Position numbers and translations under genes: made by a program. From the IMG/VR virus record IMGVR_UViG_3300022658_000006: a stretch of 36,401 nt of DNA. One strand, written 5' to 3'. Positions 8,632 to 17,089 of this stretch are shown in pieces. Numbering within the stretch: the stretch's first letter is position 1; the number at the start of each line of letters is the position of its first letter. The stretch is from a virus. The notes below the pieces were generated by a model. The model did no database searches and was not told the DNA's origin. It worked only from the letters and a program-made list of their open reading frames with translations.

Positions 8632-10002
8632 ATGGCTGTCAATCCCGCAATCGCAATGGGAGTTCGCGGTATCGAACTCCAAGACCCACTGGCTCAGTAC
8701 GGCAAAGTTGCTGCGCTACAAAACGCTCAAAACCAAAACGCTCTGGCACAGTACCAGCTTGGTGCAGCGCAACGTGCTGAAGCCAAAGACATCGCACGTA
8801 CCAATGCCCTCGCACAAGCCGGTGCCGATGACACGGCCATCGCCAATGCGCTGCTTCGCTCGGGTGATCTGAAAGGGTATTCCGAGTTTGTGAAAACGCG
8901 CCGCGAAACGATGAAGGCCGACACCGAACTGGTGGATGCCAAGCTGAAACAGTCACGCTCGTTCCTCGACACCATCGACCCCAACGATCCGAACGCCCCG
9001 CAGCAATATCTGGCATGGCATCAGGCCAACCACGCTGACCCGGTGCTCGGTCCTGTGCTGAAGGCCCGGGGCATCACTGCCGAACAGTCTCTGGGTCGCA
9101 TCAACGATGCCATCGCCAAGGGACCGCAAGCCTTTGCGCAACTGCTTGCCCAATCGAAGTTGGGCACTGAGAAGTTCATGGAACTGAACAAGCCGACGAC
9201 TCAGGTCATTGACCAAAGTGGTCAGCGTCAGGTCATTCAGCTTCCCGGCCTCGGCGGCGCACCGACCACGGTGGGCACCTACGCCGATGTGCCGCTGCCC
9301 GCTGCGGTCGAGGCTCAAAAATCGCGCATTGCCAAGGCTGGCGCAACCAACGTCAATGTCAGCACCGAGAAGAAGTACGGTGAGCGGTTCGGCGGTTTGA
9401 TTGCCGAGTCCGATGCTGCCAAGCTGGCTGCGGCCGAGAAGGCTCCTGAAGCTGCGGCCACGGCCGACCGTGTGATGGACCTGATCGGAACCGGCAAGGT
9501 CATCACCGGCACGGGTGCCAATGCCCGCTTGCAGATCGCCAAGGCGCTGAATTTGGCCGGTGGCACTGACTCCGAGAAGATTCGCAACACCGAGGTGCTG
9601 ATCTCCTCGTTGGCCGAGACAACGCTGGGTGCGATCAAATCATCGAACCTTGGCGCAGGTCAGGGCTTCACCAACGCCGACCGGGACTTTTTGGAAAAGG
9701 CCAAGGCTGGTCAACTCACTTACGACTCGAAGTCGCTGGCCGAACTTGCTCGTCTGTCGCGCCTCGCTGCCGAAAAGAGCGCCGAATCGTGGAACACTCG
9801 AGTCAAGCAAATTCCCGCTGCCGCCCTCGAGGGAACGGGCATTTCTACTGAGCCGGTCATCGTACCCAAGCGCAGCGCCCCCGCCGCCAGCAACATCCCG
9901 GCTGCGGCCATTCAGGCACTGCGGGCTGGTCAGGGTACGGCCGAGCAGTTCGATGCTGTCTTCGGCGCAGGCGCGGCGGCAAAAGTCCTCAAGGGGAAGT
10001 AA
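8632..10002 (+). CDS. Internal virion / ejection protein (P22 gp20-sized)
   Basis: 456 aa, AAGGAG RBS, A/Q/K-rich helical low-complexity sequence typical of ejection proteins. Assigned by synteny. Confidence 0.5.
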   Translation: MAVNPAIAMGVRGIELQDPLAQYGKVAALQNAQNQNALAQYQLGAAQRAEAKDIARTNALAQAGADDTAIANALLRSGDLKGYSEFVKTRRETMKADTELVDAKLKQSRSFLDTIDPNDPNAPQQYLAWHQANHADPVLGPVLKARGITAEQSLGRINDAIAKGPQAFAQLLAQSKLGTEKFMELNKPTTQVIDQSGQRQVIQLPGLGGAPTTVGTYADVPLPAAVEAQKSRIAKAGATNVNVSTEKKYGERFGGLIAESDAAKLAAAEKAPEAAATADRVMDLIGTGKVITGTGANARLQIAKALNLAGGTDSEKIRNTEVLISSLAETTLGAIKSSNLGAGQGFTNADRDFLEKAKAGQLTYDSKSLAELARLSRLAAEKSAESWNTRVKQIPAAALEGTGISTEPVIVPKRSAPAASNIPAAAIQALRAGQGTAEQFDAVFGAGAAAKVLKGK

Positions 10003-11943
10003 ATGGCAGAAAACCCGTTTGCCCAGTTCGCCGCGCAGCCACAGGCACCTGCGACCAACCCCTTCGAGCAGTTTGCTCCCGCAGCCGCCATTGGTGGTAT
10101 TCCCGGCCCGCGCCGAGGATATCCGCTCACTGAAGTACCTGTAGAGGCGGTCAAGAACCTGCCCGAGAGTGCTGGCAAATTCGTCGGCGGGGTCGTGCAG
10201 GCCGTGACCAGCCCGATCCAGACCCTCACCGGCATCCTCGACGCTGGTGCCGGGGCGCTGCGCAACGCGCTGCCGCAGGGCGTGGTCAACTTCATCGACC
10301 AGTTCGACAACAACCCCGAAGCCACACAACGCGCAGTCCAGACGGCCAACGCCATCGGCGGCATGTACAAGGACCGCTACGGCAGCTACGAGGGCATCAA
10401 GCGCACGTTTGCCGAAGACCCCGTGGGTGCTGCGGCTGACCTGTCCACCCTGTTGACCGGTGGCGGCGCGGCCGCGACCAAAGTCGGCATGGCAAAGACC
10501 GGTGCTGCGCTGACCAAGGCCGGTGCGGCCATCAACCCGATGCGCCCCATCGCACCTGTCATCGAGGCTCCGTTCAAGTTGGCCGCAAAAGGTGCTGGCG
10601 CAGTCTACAATGCCCTCGACCCGAAATCGGCAGCGTACCTGACGGCCGTGGAAGGTCGTGGCCCCGAGGTGCTCAATGCCCTGCGCCAGCCGTCAGAGAT
10701 TGTTCCGGGTAGCTTGCCCACGGCCGCTGAAGCTGCTGCACCTGTGGGGGCCACCCGATTCTCGGGAATGGGCGCATCTGCTGCCAAGACGGCCCCGACC
10801 CCGTTTTACGAGCGGGCCGAGGCTCAGAAGGCCGCGCAGCTTGATGCTGTGCAGCAGGTCGGCAAGACCCCTGCGGAACTTAAAGCCGCCGAGGCTGCTC
10901 GGAGTACCACGGCCAAGCAGTTGTACGGCATCTCCGACAACGCAATGGTGGCAGCAGATGACACGTTCGCCTCGCTGCTGAACCGCCCCTCGATGGACAA
11001 GGTGCTGGCCCGTGCCAGCGATCTGGCTGCGGAAAAAGGTCAGCCCTTCCAGATCGGCCAGAACCGCCCTGCGCAAGTGGTGCCGTCCAGCATTGTCGAT
11101 GAGGCTGGTCGTCCGCTGGGACAGACCGTGATCCCGGGCGAAGTTGCCAAGTACCCAGGCAGCAGCCTTCACGCCATGAAGATGGCTTTCGATGACCTGA
11201 TCAAAGACCCGGCCACGTTTGGTATCGGCTCGGCTGAGGCCAAGGCCATCGGTCGCACCCGCGCCCAGTTCCTTGAATGGGCCGAAAGCAAGGCCCCGGC
11301 TTACAAGACGGCCCGGGAAACCTTCGCCGCGCAGAGCAAGCCGATCAACCAGATGGAAGTCGGCCAGTTCCTTGAGGGCAAACTCAAGCCTGCGTTGGGT
11401 GAGGAAACCGCCCGCCTGCGGGCCGCAGGGTACGCTGGCGCGTTGGAAAACGCCCCGGGCACCATCAAGCGGGCCACCGGTGAATCGCGGTTCCAGAGCC
11501 TGTCTGAAGTGCTCACGCCCGAGCAGATCAAGATCGTTGAGGATGTCCGCGCCGATCTGGCCCGCGCCCGTCAAGCCGAGGCACAGGCCGCTGCCGCCCG
11601 GGGTGCTGGTCCTGACGTGAACCTGATGGGCACCGAGGTCATGGGCAGCGTCCGCGCTCCCAACTTCATCAACAACGTGACCACGGTCGCCAATGACCTG
11701 CTGCGCCGAATGCAGGGCAAGCTGGATCAAAAGCTGGCAATCGAGTTGGCTGCTGAGATGTTGGACCCAGCCGCAGCAGCCAAGGCATTGGAGAAGGCGA
11801 TGGCCCGCCAGTCCAAAGGCGAGAAGTTGGCCGACCCCTTCAAGAAAACCGGCAAGGCTGCATCCAAAGTCTTGCGCACCCCTGCCGCCGTGAACATGCT
11901 TGCTCCGGCCGCTGAAGTTCAAAACTCGCTTGTTACGGAGTAA
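10003..11943 (+). CDS. Internal virion / ejection protein (P22 gp16-sized)
   Basis: 646 aa, A/G/P-rich. It is the last gene before the lysis cassette. Assigned by synteny. Confidence 0.5.
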   Translation: MAENPFAQFAAQPQAPATNPFEQFAPAAAIGGIPGPRRGYPLTEVPVEAVKNLPESAGKFVGGVVQAVTSPIQTLTGILDAGAGALRNALPQGVVNFIDQFDNNPEATQRAVQTANAIGGMYKDRYGSYEGIKRTFAEDPVGAAADLSTLLTGGGAAATKVGMAKTGAALTKAGAAINPMRPIAPVIEAPFKLAAKGAGAVYNALDPKSAAYLTAVEGRGPEVLNALRQPSEIVPGSLPTAAEAAAPVGATRFSGMGASAAKTAPTPFYERAEAQKAAQLDAVQQVGKTPAELKAAEAARSTTAKQLYGISDNAMVAADDTFASLLNRPSMDKVLARASDLAAEKGQPFQIGQNRPAQVVPSSIVDEAGRPLGQTVIPGEVAKYPGSSLHAMKMAFDDLIKDPATFGIGSAEAKAIGRTRAQFLEWAESKAPAYKTARETFAAQSKPINQMEVGQFLEGKLKPALGEETARLRAAGYAGALENAPGTIKRATGESRFQSLSEVLTPEQIKIVEDVRADLARARQAEAQAAAARGAGPDVNLMGTEVMGSVRAPNFINNVTTVANDLLRRMQGKLDQKLAIELAAEMLDPAAAAKALEKAMARQSKGEKLADPFKKTGKAASKVLRTPAAVNMLAPAAEVQNSLVTE

Positions 11944-11949
11944 GGAAAG

Positions 11950-12171
11950 ATGGTGGAGTTCCAGAACGGTGAAATTGATCCCGTGAAATACGGCGTCCTG
12001 TGGCAAAAGGTGCAGGACATGGACAAGAAGGTGGACAAGATGGAACGCCAGCTTGAGCAGCTTCTGGAACTTGCCAACAAAGGCAAAGGGGGTCTGTGGT
12101 TCGGCATGACGATGGCGTCAGCGGTGTCGGGCTTCATTGGATTCCTGTTCAGTCACTGGAAAGGCAACTGA
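11950..12171 (+). CDS. Holin candidate (73 aa, single C-terminal TM)
   Basis: AAGGAAAG RBS. Charged coiled-coil N-terminus, then GLWFGMTMASAVSGFIGFLF. The stop is 1 nt before the endolysin ATG. Confidence 0.45.
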   Translation: MVEFQNGEIDPVKYGVLWQKVQDMDKKVDKMERQLEQLLELANKGKGGLWFGMTMASAVSGFIGFLFSHWKGN

Positions 12172-12172
12172 C

Positions 12173-12568
12173 ATGTACACCCTTGGCGTTCGATCCAAAG
12201 CACGGCTCAATGGCGTTCATCCCGATCTGGTCAAAGTCGTCGAACGAGCGATCAACCTGACCACCGTGGACTTCACTGTTCTCGAAGGTGTTCGTGACCC
12301 TATGCGCCAAAAGCAACTGGTGGAAGCTGGGGCCAGTCAGACCATGAACTCGCGCCACATCCCCGGGGCCGATGGGTTTGCCAAAGCGGTGGACCTTGGC
12401 GCTTGGGTGGATGATCAAGTAGACTGGTCATGGCCGCTGTACAACCAGATCGCAACGGCCATGAAAGAAGCAGCCAAGCAACTCGGTGTGCCAATCGAGT
12501 GGGGTGGTGACTGGCGCACGTTCAAGGACGGCCCGCACTTCCAATTACCCAAGAAGGAGTACCCATGA
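12173..12568 (+). CDS. Endolysin, peptidase M15 / VanY-like (L-alanyl-D-glutamate peptidase type)
   Basis: 131 aa. SRHIPGADGFAKAVDL and GGDWRTFKDGPHFQL match the H-x6-D...H zinc-ligand pattern of M15 endolysins. The start was moved from the track's 12137 to ATG 12173. Confidence 0.85.
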   Translation: MYTLGVRSKARLNGVHPDLVKVVERAINLTTVDFTVLEGVRDPMRQKQLVEAGASQTMNSRHIPGADGFAKAVDLGAWVDDQVDWSWPLYNQIATAMKEAAKQLGVPIEWGGDWRTFKDGPHFQLPKKEYP

Positions 12569-12936
12569 TGGACCCGTTGACCATACTCGCAGCCCTTGGC
12601 CCGCTGGCCGTTGACCTAGGGAAATCCCTGATAGGTCGGTTCATCCAGACCGACACCTACAAGCCGGTGAACGTGGACGAGTACGTCAAGATGCGACAAC
12701 TCGATCTGGACATGTTCAAGGCGATGAATGACGCCGGTGGCACCAACCCTTCATACCCGTGGGTTGAGGCTGCTGTGCGCCTGATGCGCCCCGCTGTGGC
12801 CCTTGTTGTGCTGGGTACATGGACCACCCTCAAGCTGAACAACATGGACAGCACCTCGGTGGACAACTTCGCCGCTGCCGTGGGGTTCTACCTGTTTGGT
12901 GACCGCACTTTGTTTTACGCCCGCAAGAGCAAGTAA
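12565..12936 (+). CDS. Membrane protein, second holin candidate (3-TM, GTA-holin-like)
   Basis: AAGGAG RBS; the ATG overlaps the endolysin stop. There are three hydrophobic stretches (LTILAALGPLAV, AVALVVLGTWTTL, FAAAVGFYLFG). It is the last gene of the late arm. Confidence 0.45.
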   Translation: MMDPLTILAALGPLAVDLGKSLIGRFIQTDTYKPVNVDEYVKMRQLDLDMFKAMNDAGGTNPSYPWVEAAVRLMRPAVALVVLGTWTTLKLNNMDSTSVDNFAAAVGFYLFGDRTLFYARKSK

Positions 12937-13130
12937 AGCAGCGGCACCAAGATCAGCCAACCCAGCAGACCCAGCAGGAAAAACCAGACCAGCGCCTTGA
13001 GGTGTCTGCGCCAGATTGAGTCGGCGTAGGGCTGCGGATACTTCGGGTATCGCTGGCCCACTTTGGCGACTCGGGCTGGGCAGTCGCGCCCTTGGTTGCA
13101 CATTCCATCGCAGCAGTACCGTTGTGTCAT
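12915..13130 (-). CDS. Small Cys-rich membrane protein (71 aa)
   Basis: MTQRYCCDGMCNQGRDCPARV followed by the TM segment ALVWFFLLGLLGWLILVPLLYLLL. ATGA overlap with the upstream gene. Its 3' end overlaps the convergent gene 12565..12936 by 22 nt. Confidence 0.55.
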   Translation of the reverse strand: MTQRYCCDGMCNQGRDCPARVAKVGQRYPKYPQPYADSIWRRHLKALVWFFLLGLLGWLILVPLLYLLLRA

Positions 13131-13618
13131 TTCAATGTCTCCGGTATCGGTGGTAGCCTGATTGTGTCTTTGCTGTGATCAATCTTGTGGCGGGCCAGCG
13201 CCAGCCCTTTTTCAATGTCGCGCACGGTCACAACGTCCATCTGGGCGTCATGCAATTCCATGAGCAGGTTGAGCATCTGAATCTCTGGACCAGTGGGTGT
13301 AAAACGCCCGTGCTTTCCGGCCCGCTGAACGATGCTCAGAATGGCGAACCGACCCTCGACGCAGACATCTTGATGTTCCTTGCCAAACCCCATCTGGTGC
13401 AGCGCCTCGGTCATGTTCGACATGGCAATCAGAGTGTTGATGTCGGTCTTGGTCGCCGTACCGTGCAGCAATGAATACATGGCCTCGCTGTTCTTGATCT
13501 TGAGGTCCACAAGGTAGCTGTCGTGCTGCGCCACTGGCGTCATGGACTCAATGACATACCCGAGTGGGTTCATCAGTACCGGTTTCGGACGATATTTGCT
13601 ACGCTTGCGCATGGGCAT
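13127..13618 (-). CDS. Hypothetical protein (163 aa)
   Basis: Good coding character in the minus-strand operon. The second ATG (13612) has the better GGAG spacing. Confidence 0.6.
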   Translation of the reverse strand: MPMRKRSKYRPKPVLMNPLGYVIESMTPVAQHDSYLVDLKIKNSEAMYSLLHGTATKTDINTLIAMSNMTEALHQMGFGKEHQDVCVEGRFAILSIVQRAGKHGRFTPTGPEIQMLNLLMELHDAQMDVVTVRDIEKGLALARHKIDHSKDTIRLPPIPETLK

Positions 13619-14063
13619 CTCCGGTCAATAAATGCGCGAACTCAACAGCCTTTCGCTTGGCCCGGGTGCGGGCTTGCCGTTCGGCCCCAGACAGCTTCTC
13701 GCGCTTGGCATCCTTGCCGCGCCCGATCTTGTAAACCTTAATCACGTCCCGACCCTTGGAGTCCTTTTCCCAGCCGCAGATGTGCGCGGCCTTGGCGCGG
13801 TGCAACTCGCGGGTGTAATCGAGGACGGTGACGTAGTGCAGCCCGGTCATCTCGGCCAACTCTGCACAGGTGTAGACCCCATCGAGCATAGCCTCGATCA
13901 ACTTGGCTTGTGTGAACCGATTGATCTTGACAATCCGGCGTCCCTTGTTCGGTGGCGGGTTCAAAACGGTGCCTCCGGTAGCTGTTCGCGTTGCTGGCGC
14001 TGGTACTCGCGTTCCTGCTGCGGGGTCCACGGAACAGGCCCGCCCGGGGGAGGAAAGGGCCAT
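13599..14063 (-). CDS. Winged-helix/HTH DNA-binding protein
   Basis: KINRFTQAKLIEAMLDGVYTCAELAEMTGLHYVTVLDYTRELH is HTH-like, and the C-terminal tail is basic. The first 33 aa are low-complexity. An alternative TTG start at 13964 follows GGAGG with 6-nt spacing. Confidence 0.6.
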   Translation of the reverse strand: MALSSPGRACSVDPAAGTRVPAPATRTATGGTVLNPPPNKGRRIVKINRFTQAKLIEAMLDGVYTCAELAEMTGLHYVTVLDYTRELHRAKAAHICGWEKDSKGRDVIKVYKIGRGKDAKREKLSGAERQARTRAKRKAVEFAHLLTGDAHAQA

Positions 14064-14067
14064 GTGT

Positions 14068-14277
14068 TCACTGCTTGGCCTCCGGGGCGGTGTGCAAATA
14101 GGTCGTCAGGCGCTTGATGCGGGCCTCGTGGTACTTGCACATCGAGTCAGCGTACTCACGGGTTGATTGGGCTTCGATGAGGCTGCGCTTGGCGTTCTCC
14201 AGTTCGCGCAACGCCAGCACCTCGGCGCTGGGGACGCTGTACACACTCTTGAGCCAGTTTACGGTTTCACGGATCAC
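14068..14277 (-). CDS. Hypothetical coiled-coil protein (69 aa)
   Basis: GTG start preceded by GAAGGAG with 5-nt spacing. Confidence 0.55.
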   Translation of the reverse strand: MIRETVNWLKSVYSVPSAEVLALRELENAKRSLIEAQSTREYADSMCKYHEARIKRLTTYLHTAPEAKQ

Positions 14278-14313
14278 GATTACTCCTTCAGTGGTTGGTG
14301 CGACACAAGTGTA

Positions 14314-14625
14314 TCACACTTCTTTGACGAACACACCTTCTTTTGTGAGGTAGCCTTTGCGGTCCTTGATCTCGGCGTAGGCACCCTTGAGACACGACAC
14401 CAGATCGAGGTCCAGCACCGCGCACACCATGATCAAAGTCACCACGATGTCACCCACGGCGTCCTTGGTTTCCTCGATGTTCTTCTTGTTGATGGCAGCA
14501 AGCAACTCGGTGGTTTCTTCGAGGGTCTTGATGGCCTGCGACATGGCAGTGGCGTTCTGCACGATGCCCCGGGCCTCGCCCCACTGCACCACCTTCATCT
14601 CGACTTCTGCGTAACTCATGTTCAT
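14314..14625 (-). CDS. MazG-like nucleoside triphosphate pyrophosphohydrolase
   Basis: VVQWGEARGI...LEETTELLAAI...ETKDAVGDIVVTLIMVCAVLDLDL is the EExE/D MazG helical pattern. ATG 14625 overlaps the SNF2 stop. ATG 14619 has better spacing to AAGGAG. Confidence 0.8.
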   Translation of the reverse strand: MNMSYAEVEMKVVQWGEARGIVQNATAMSQAIKTLEETTELLAAINKKNIEETKDAVGDIVVTLIMVCAVLDLDLVSCLKGAYAEIKDRKGYLTKEGVFVKEV

Positions 14626-16034
14626 ACTCCTTTAAATTGACGATACTGTTTGACTGCGTTGCGCAGCCCTGCTTGTGTTGTGGCCTTCTCGTCGAGGGCC
14701 AGTGCTTGCGCTTGATCCAACGTGTTCTGCATCAGGATGCGGTGGCACATGACCGGAGCACCCTGACCCTGACGGCGCACCCGGGCGTTGAACTGCTCGT
14801 ACAGGTCCAGCGACCAGTTGAGGCCATACCACACGAGGATGTGGCCGTTCTTCTGGAGGCCGTCGATGCCGTGACCCATGCTGGCCGGGTGGCCGATCAT
14901 CAGTTGGCAGTCGCCAGTCTTCCACCGGTGCATCGCGTTTGTCAGGGACGCCTCGCTCTTGCACTCGGTCAGGTTGATCGGGCGCAGCGCCTTGAACCGC
15001 TCCATGATCCGCTCGGCGTCAGACCGGTAGGCATAGGCGCACAGGATCGGTGAGCCTTGGGCCTCGTCGATGATGTCCTCCAGCGCGTCCAGCTTCATGT
15101 CATGCACTGGCTCCCACAGCGGCATCCCGGCAATCGGGTACATGGCACCGTTGGAGAACTGCAAGCACTTGTTGGTCAGCGCCGCTTGGTTGAACGCCTC
15201 GACCTCCTTGCCACTGTCGAGCACGAGGAAGAATTCCTTTTCCAGCCGGTCGTACTTGGCCCGCAGATCGTCGGGCATCTCGATCTCCACGTTGTTCACA
15301 ATCAGATCGGGCAGCGGGTTGTAGTCCTCGGCCGACATCTCTAGCGTGATGTCACCGATCAGCTTTTTGATGGTGTCCTCGGTGTCCTCATACGGCACCT
15401 CTTTGTACGGCCCCACCTTGCGATAGAACCGGGTACGGAACGCCGTCTTGCTGGTGCCCAGACGCTCACCCCGGTCCACCACGAGAAACTGGCCGTGCAG
15501 GTCTTTGTAGCCGTTGCTGGCCGGGGTGCCGGTGAGGCCCGTGGTCCAGTCGAACTTGTCCGCGATCTTGCGAAACGCCTTGACCCGGTTCGTGCTGGAG
15601 TTCTTCATCTTGCTGATCTCGTCCCAGATGATCCCGTTGAACGGCATCGGGCGATCCTTCTTGACGAAGTAGGTCTGGAGAGTCTCGGCCAGCCAGCCGA
15701 GGTTCTCGTAGTTGATCATGTACACGTCAGCAGGGCGCAGGAGAGCGCGGGTGCGCTGGTCCTTGGTGCCCGCCACCATGCTGAACCGCAGGTGCTTGGT
15801 GTGCTCCCACTTCGCAGCCTCCTGACGCCACACCAGCCGGATGACGCGGATCGGGGCCACGATGATCACACCGCGCAGGAAGCCGGTGTTGATCAGGTGC
15901 GCGAGGCTAGTCAGCGTGATGACAGTCTTACCCAATCCCATCGAAACCCAAAGCATTGAGTTTGGGTGACTGCATTGATGATTGACTGCCTTCTTTTGAT
16001 AGTCGTGAAGCATATCGGGCGTCATCATTTTCAT
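14622..16034 (-). CDS. SNF2-family helicase
   Basis: LHDYQKKAV, GLGKT (motif I), WDEISKMKN (motif II), GLTGTP (motif III), and a C-terminal helicase lobe (GHPASMGHGIDGLQ). Confidence 0.9.
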   Translation of the reverse strand: MKMMTPDMLHDYQKKAVNHQCSHPNSMLWVSMGLGKTVITLTSLAHLINTGFLRGVIIVAPIRVIRLVWRQEAAKWEHTKHLRFSMVAGTKDQRTRALLRPADVYMINYENLGWLAETLQTYFVKKDRPMPFNGIIWDEISKMKNSSTNRVKAFRKIADKFDWTTGLTGTPASNGYKDLHGQFLVVDRGERLGTSKTAFRTRFYRKVGPYKEVPYEDTEDTIKKLIGDITLEMSAEDYNPLPDLIVNNVEIEMPDDLRAKYDRLEKEFFLVLDSGKEVEAFNQAALTNKCLQFSNGAMYPIAGMPLWEPVHDMKLDALEDIIDEAQGSPILCAYAYRSDAERIMERFKALRPINLTECKSEASLTNAMHRWKTGDCQLMIGHPASMGHGIDGLQKNGHILVWYGLNWSLDLYEQFNARVRRQGQGAPVMCHRILMQNTLDQAQALALDEKATTQAGLRNAVKQYRQFKGV

Positions 16035-16531
16035 GGTGCCACCTTGTTCAAGTACGCAAAATCACCAAAGTGTTCTTTTGCCGCAATGTTGTAAACACGG
16101 GCCGCTGCTTCAGGTGTACTGAATCTTCCCAGATACGTCTGCCTGCCGTTGATCTTGATTTGAGCGTGATAAAAACCTGATCGCTTGTTCAATGAAACAC
16201 CTTTGTATCCGCTTCGATTGGATGACAACAACCCAATGTTTCCCTTGTTCTGCTGACTCGTGCAGGCTCTAAGATTTTCAATACGGTTGTCTGTCTTAAT
16301 GCCATTGATGTGGTCAATTTCAGAAGGAATGAACCCGTGATGCATTGCGAATACAACTTGATGAGCACCGTACATCTTTTTGTCGATTTGCAAGTTGACG
16401 TGACCTCTTGCATTTACCGACCCAGCAATTGAGCCTGCCGGTGCAGTCGCAGACTTGGTAATGCGCCAAATCAGATTGCCTGTTTCCGGGTCATACTGAA
16501 ACAATGTTTTAAGCAGGTCAGGTGTCAGCAT
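16031..16531 (-). CDS. Free-standing HNH homing endonuclease with AP2 DNA-binding domain
   Basis: IDHINGIKTDNRIENLRACTSQQN is an HNH_3 motif. YKGVSLNKRSGFYHAQIKINGRQTYLGRFSTPEAAARVYN is AP2-like. It is more A/T-rich than its flanks, and both ends overlap the neighbouring genes. Confidence 0.85.
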   Translation of the reverse strand: MLTPDLLKTLFQYDPETGNLIWRITKSATAPAGSIAGSVNARGHVNLQIDKKMYGAHQVVFAMHHGFIPSEIDHINGIKTDNRIENLRACTSQQNKGNIGLLSSNRSGYKGVSLNKRSGFYHAQIKINGRQTYLGRFSTPEAAARVYNIAAKEHFGDFAYLNKVAP

Positions 16532-16806
16532 CCCATCACCATCATGTCCACCATTGCCTTACCGTCCTCCACGTTGTCCACCACAAACACTGACACCTTG
16601 TGCTGGCGCAGCCTGTGGTGCTCACGTTCCTGCGCTGGCGTGGGCTTTTGCCCCTCGCGCTTGAACTCGATGAAGAACACTCGACCCTTGCAGATGAACA
16701 GACGGTCAGGCACAGCAGCCCGGGCGGGGCTGGTGAACTTGTAGACCATCATCCCCTTGGTCTTGGCGTAGTCGCAGACCTTGGCTTCAATCTGTTTTTC
16801 CAGCAT
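16525..16806 (-). CDS. VRR-NUC nuclease
   Basis: 93 aa. PDRLFICKGRVFFIEFKREGQKPTPAQ gives the D...E-x-K core. GGAGAG RBS. Confidence 0.8.
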   Translation of the reverse strand: MLEKQIEAKVCDYAKTKGMMVYKFTSPARAAVPDRLFICKGRVFFIEFKREGQKPTPAQEREHHRLRQHKVSVFVVDNVEDGKAMVDMMVMGC

Positions 16807-17089
16807 TGCACTCTCCGTCCAGTTTGCGGTTCTCCAACTCGATCAGCAACTCGATGTAGTGCTTTGCCTTTTCCAGATCAGCGATGCCGTTCTTTTTGCG
16901 CCAGCGGCTGATGTACTTGATCACGTTGCCCTCAAAGTACCCCAGCGCGTTGGCATGGATGTACTCAACGGGTTGAATCGGCAGGTCTTTGTAATGGTTA
17001 CCGGCCACTTGTTTGCTCAGTGCTGTCATTCTGTTCCACTCCTCAAGTTCTTCAATGGTTACCTCAGTTGTCATGCCAAGCCCAGACAT
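16787..17089 (-). CDS. DUF3310-family protein
   Basis: GNHYKDLPIQPVEYIHANALGYFEGNVIKYISRWRKKNGIADLEKAKHYIELL matches the DUF3310 signature as I remember it. ATG 17089 follows GGAG with 5-nt spacing. ATG 17074 (ATGA overlap with the polymerase stop) is an alternative. Confidence 0.7.
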   Translation of the reverse strand: MSGLGMTTEVTIEELEEWNRMTALSKQVAGNHYKDLPIQPVEYIHANALGYFEGNVIKYISRWRKKNGIADLEKAKHYIELLIELENRKLDGECNAGKTD

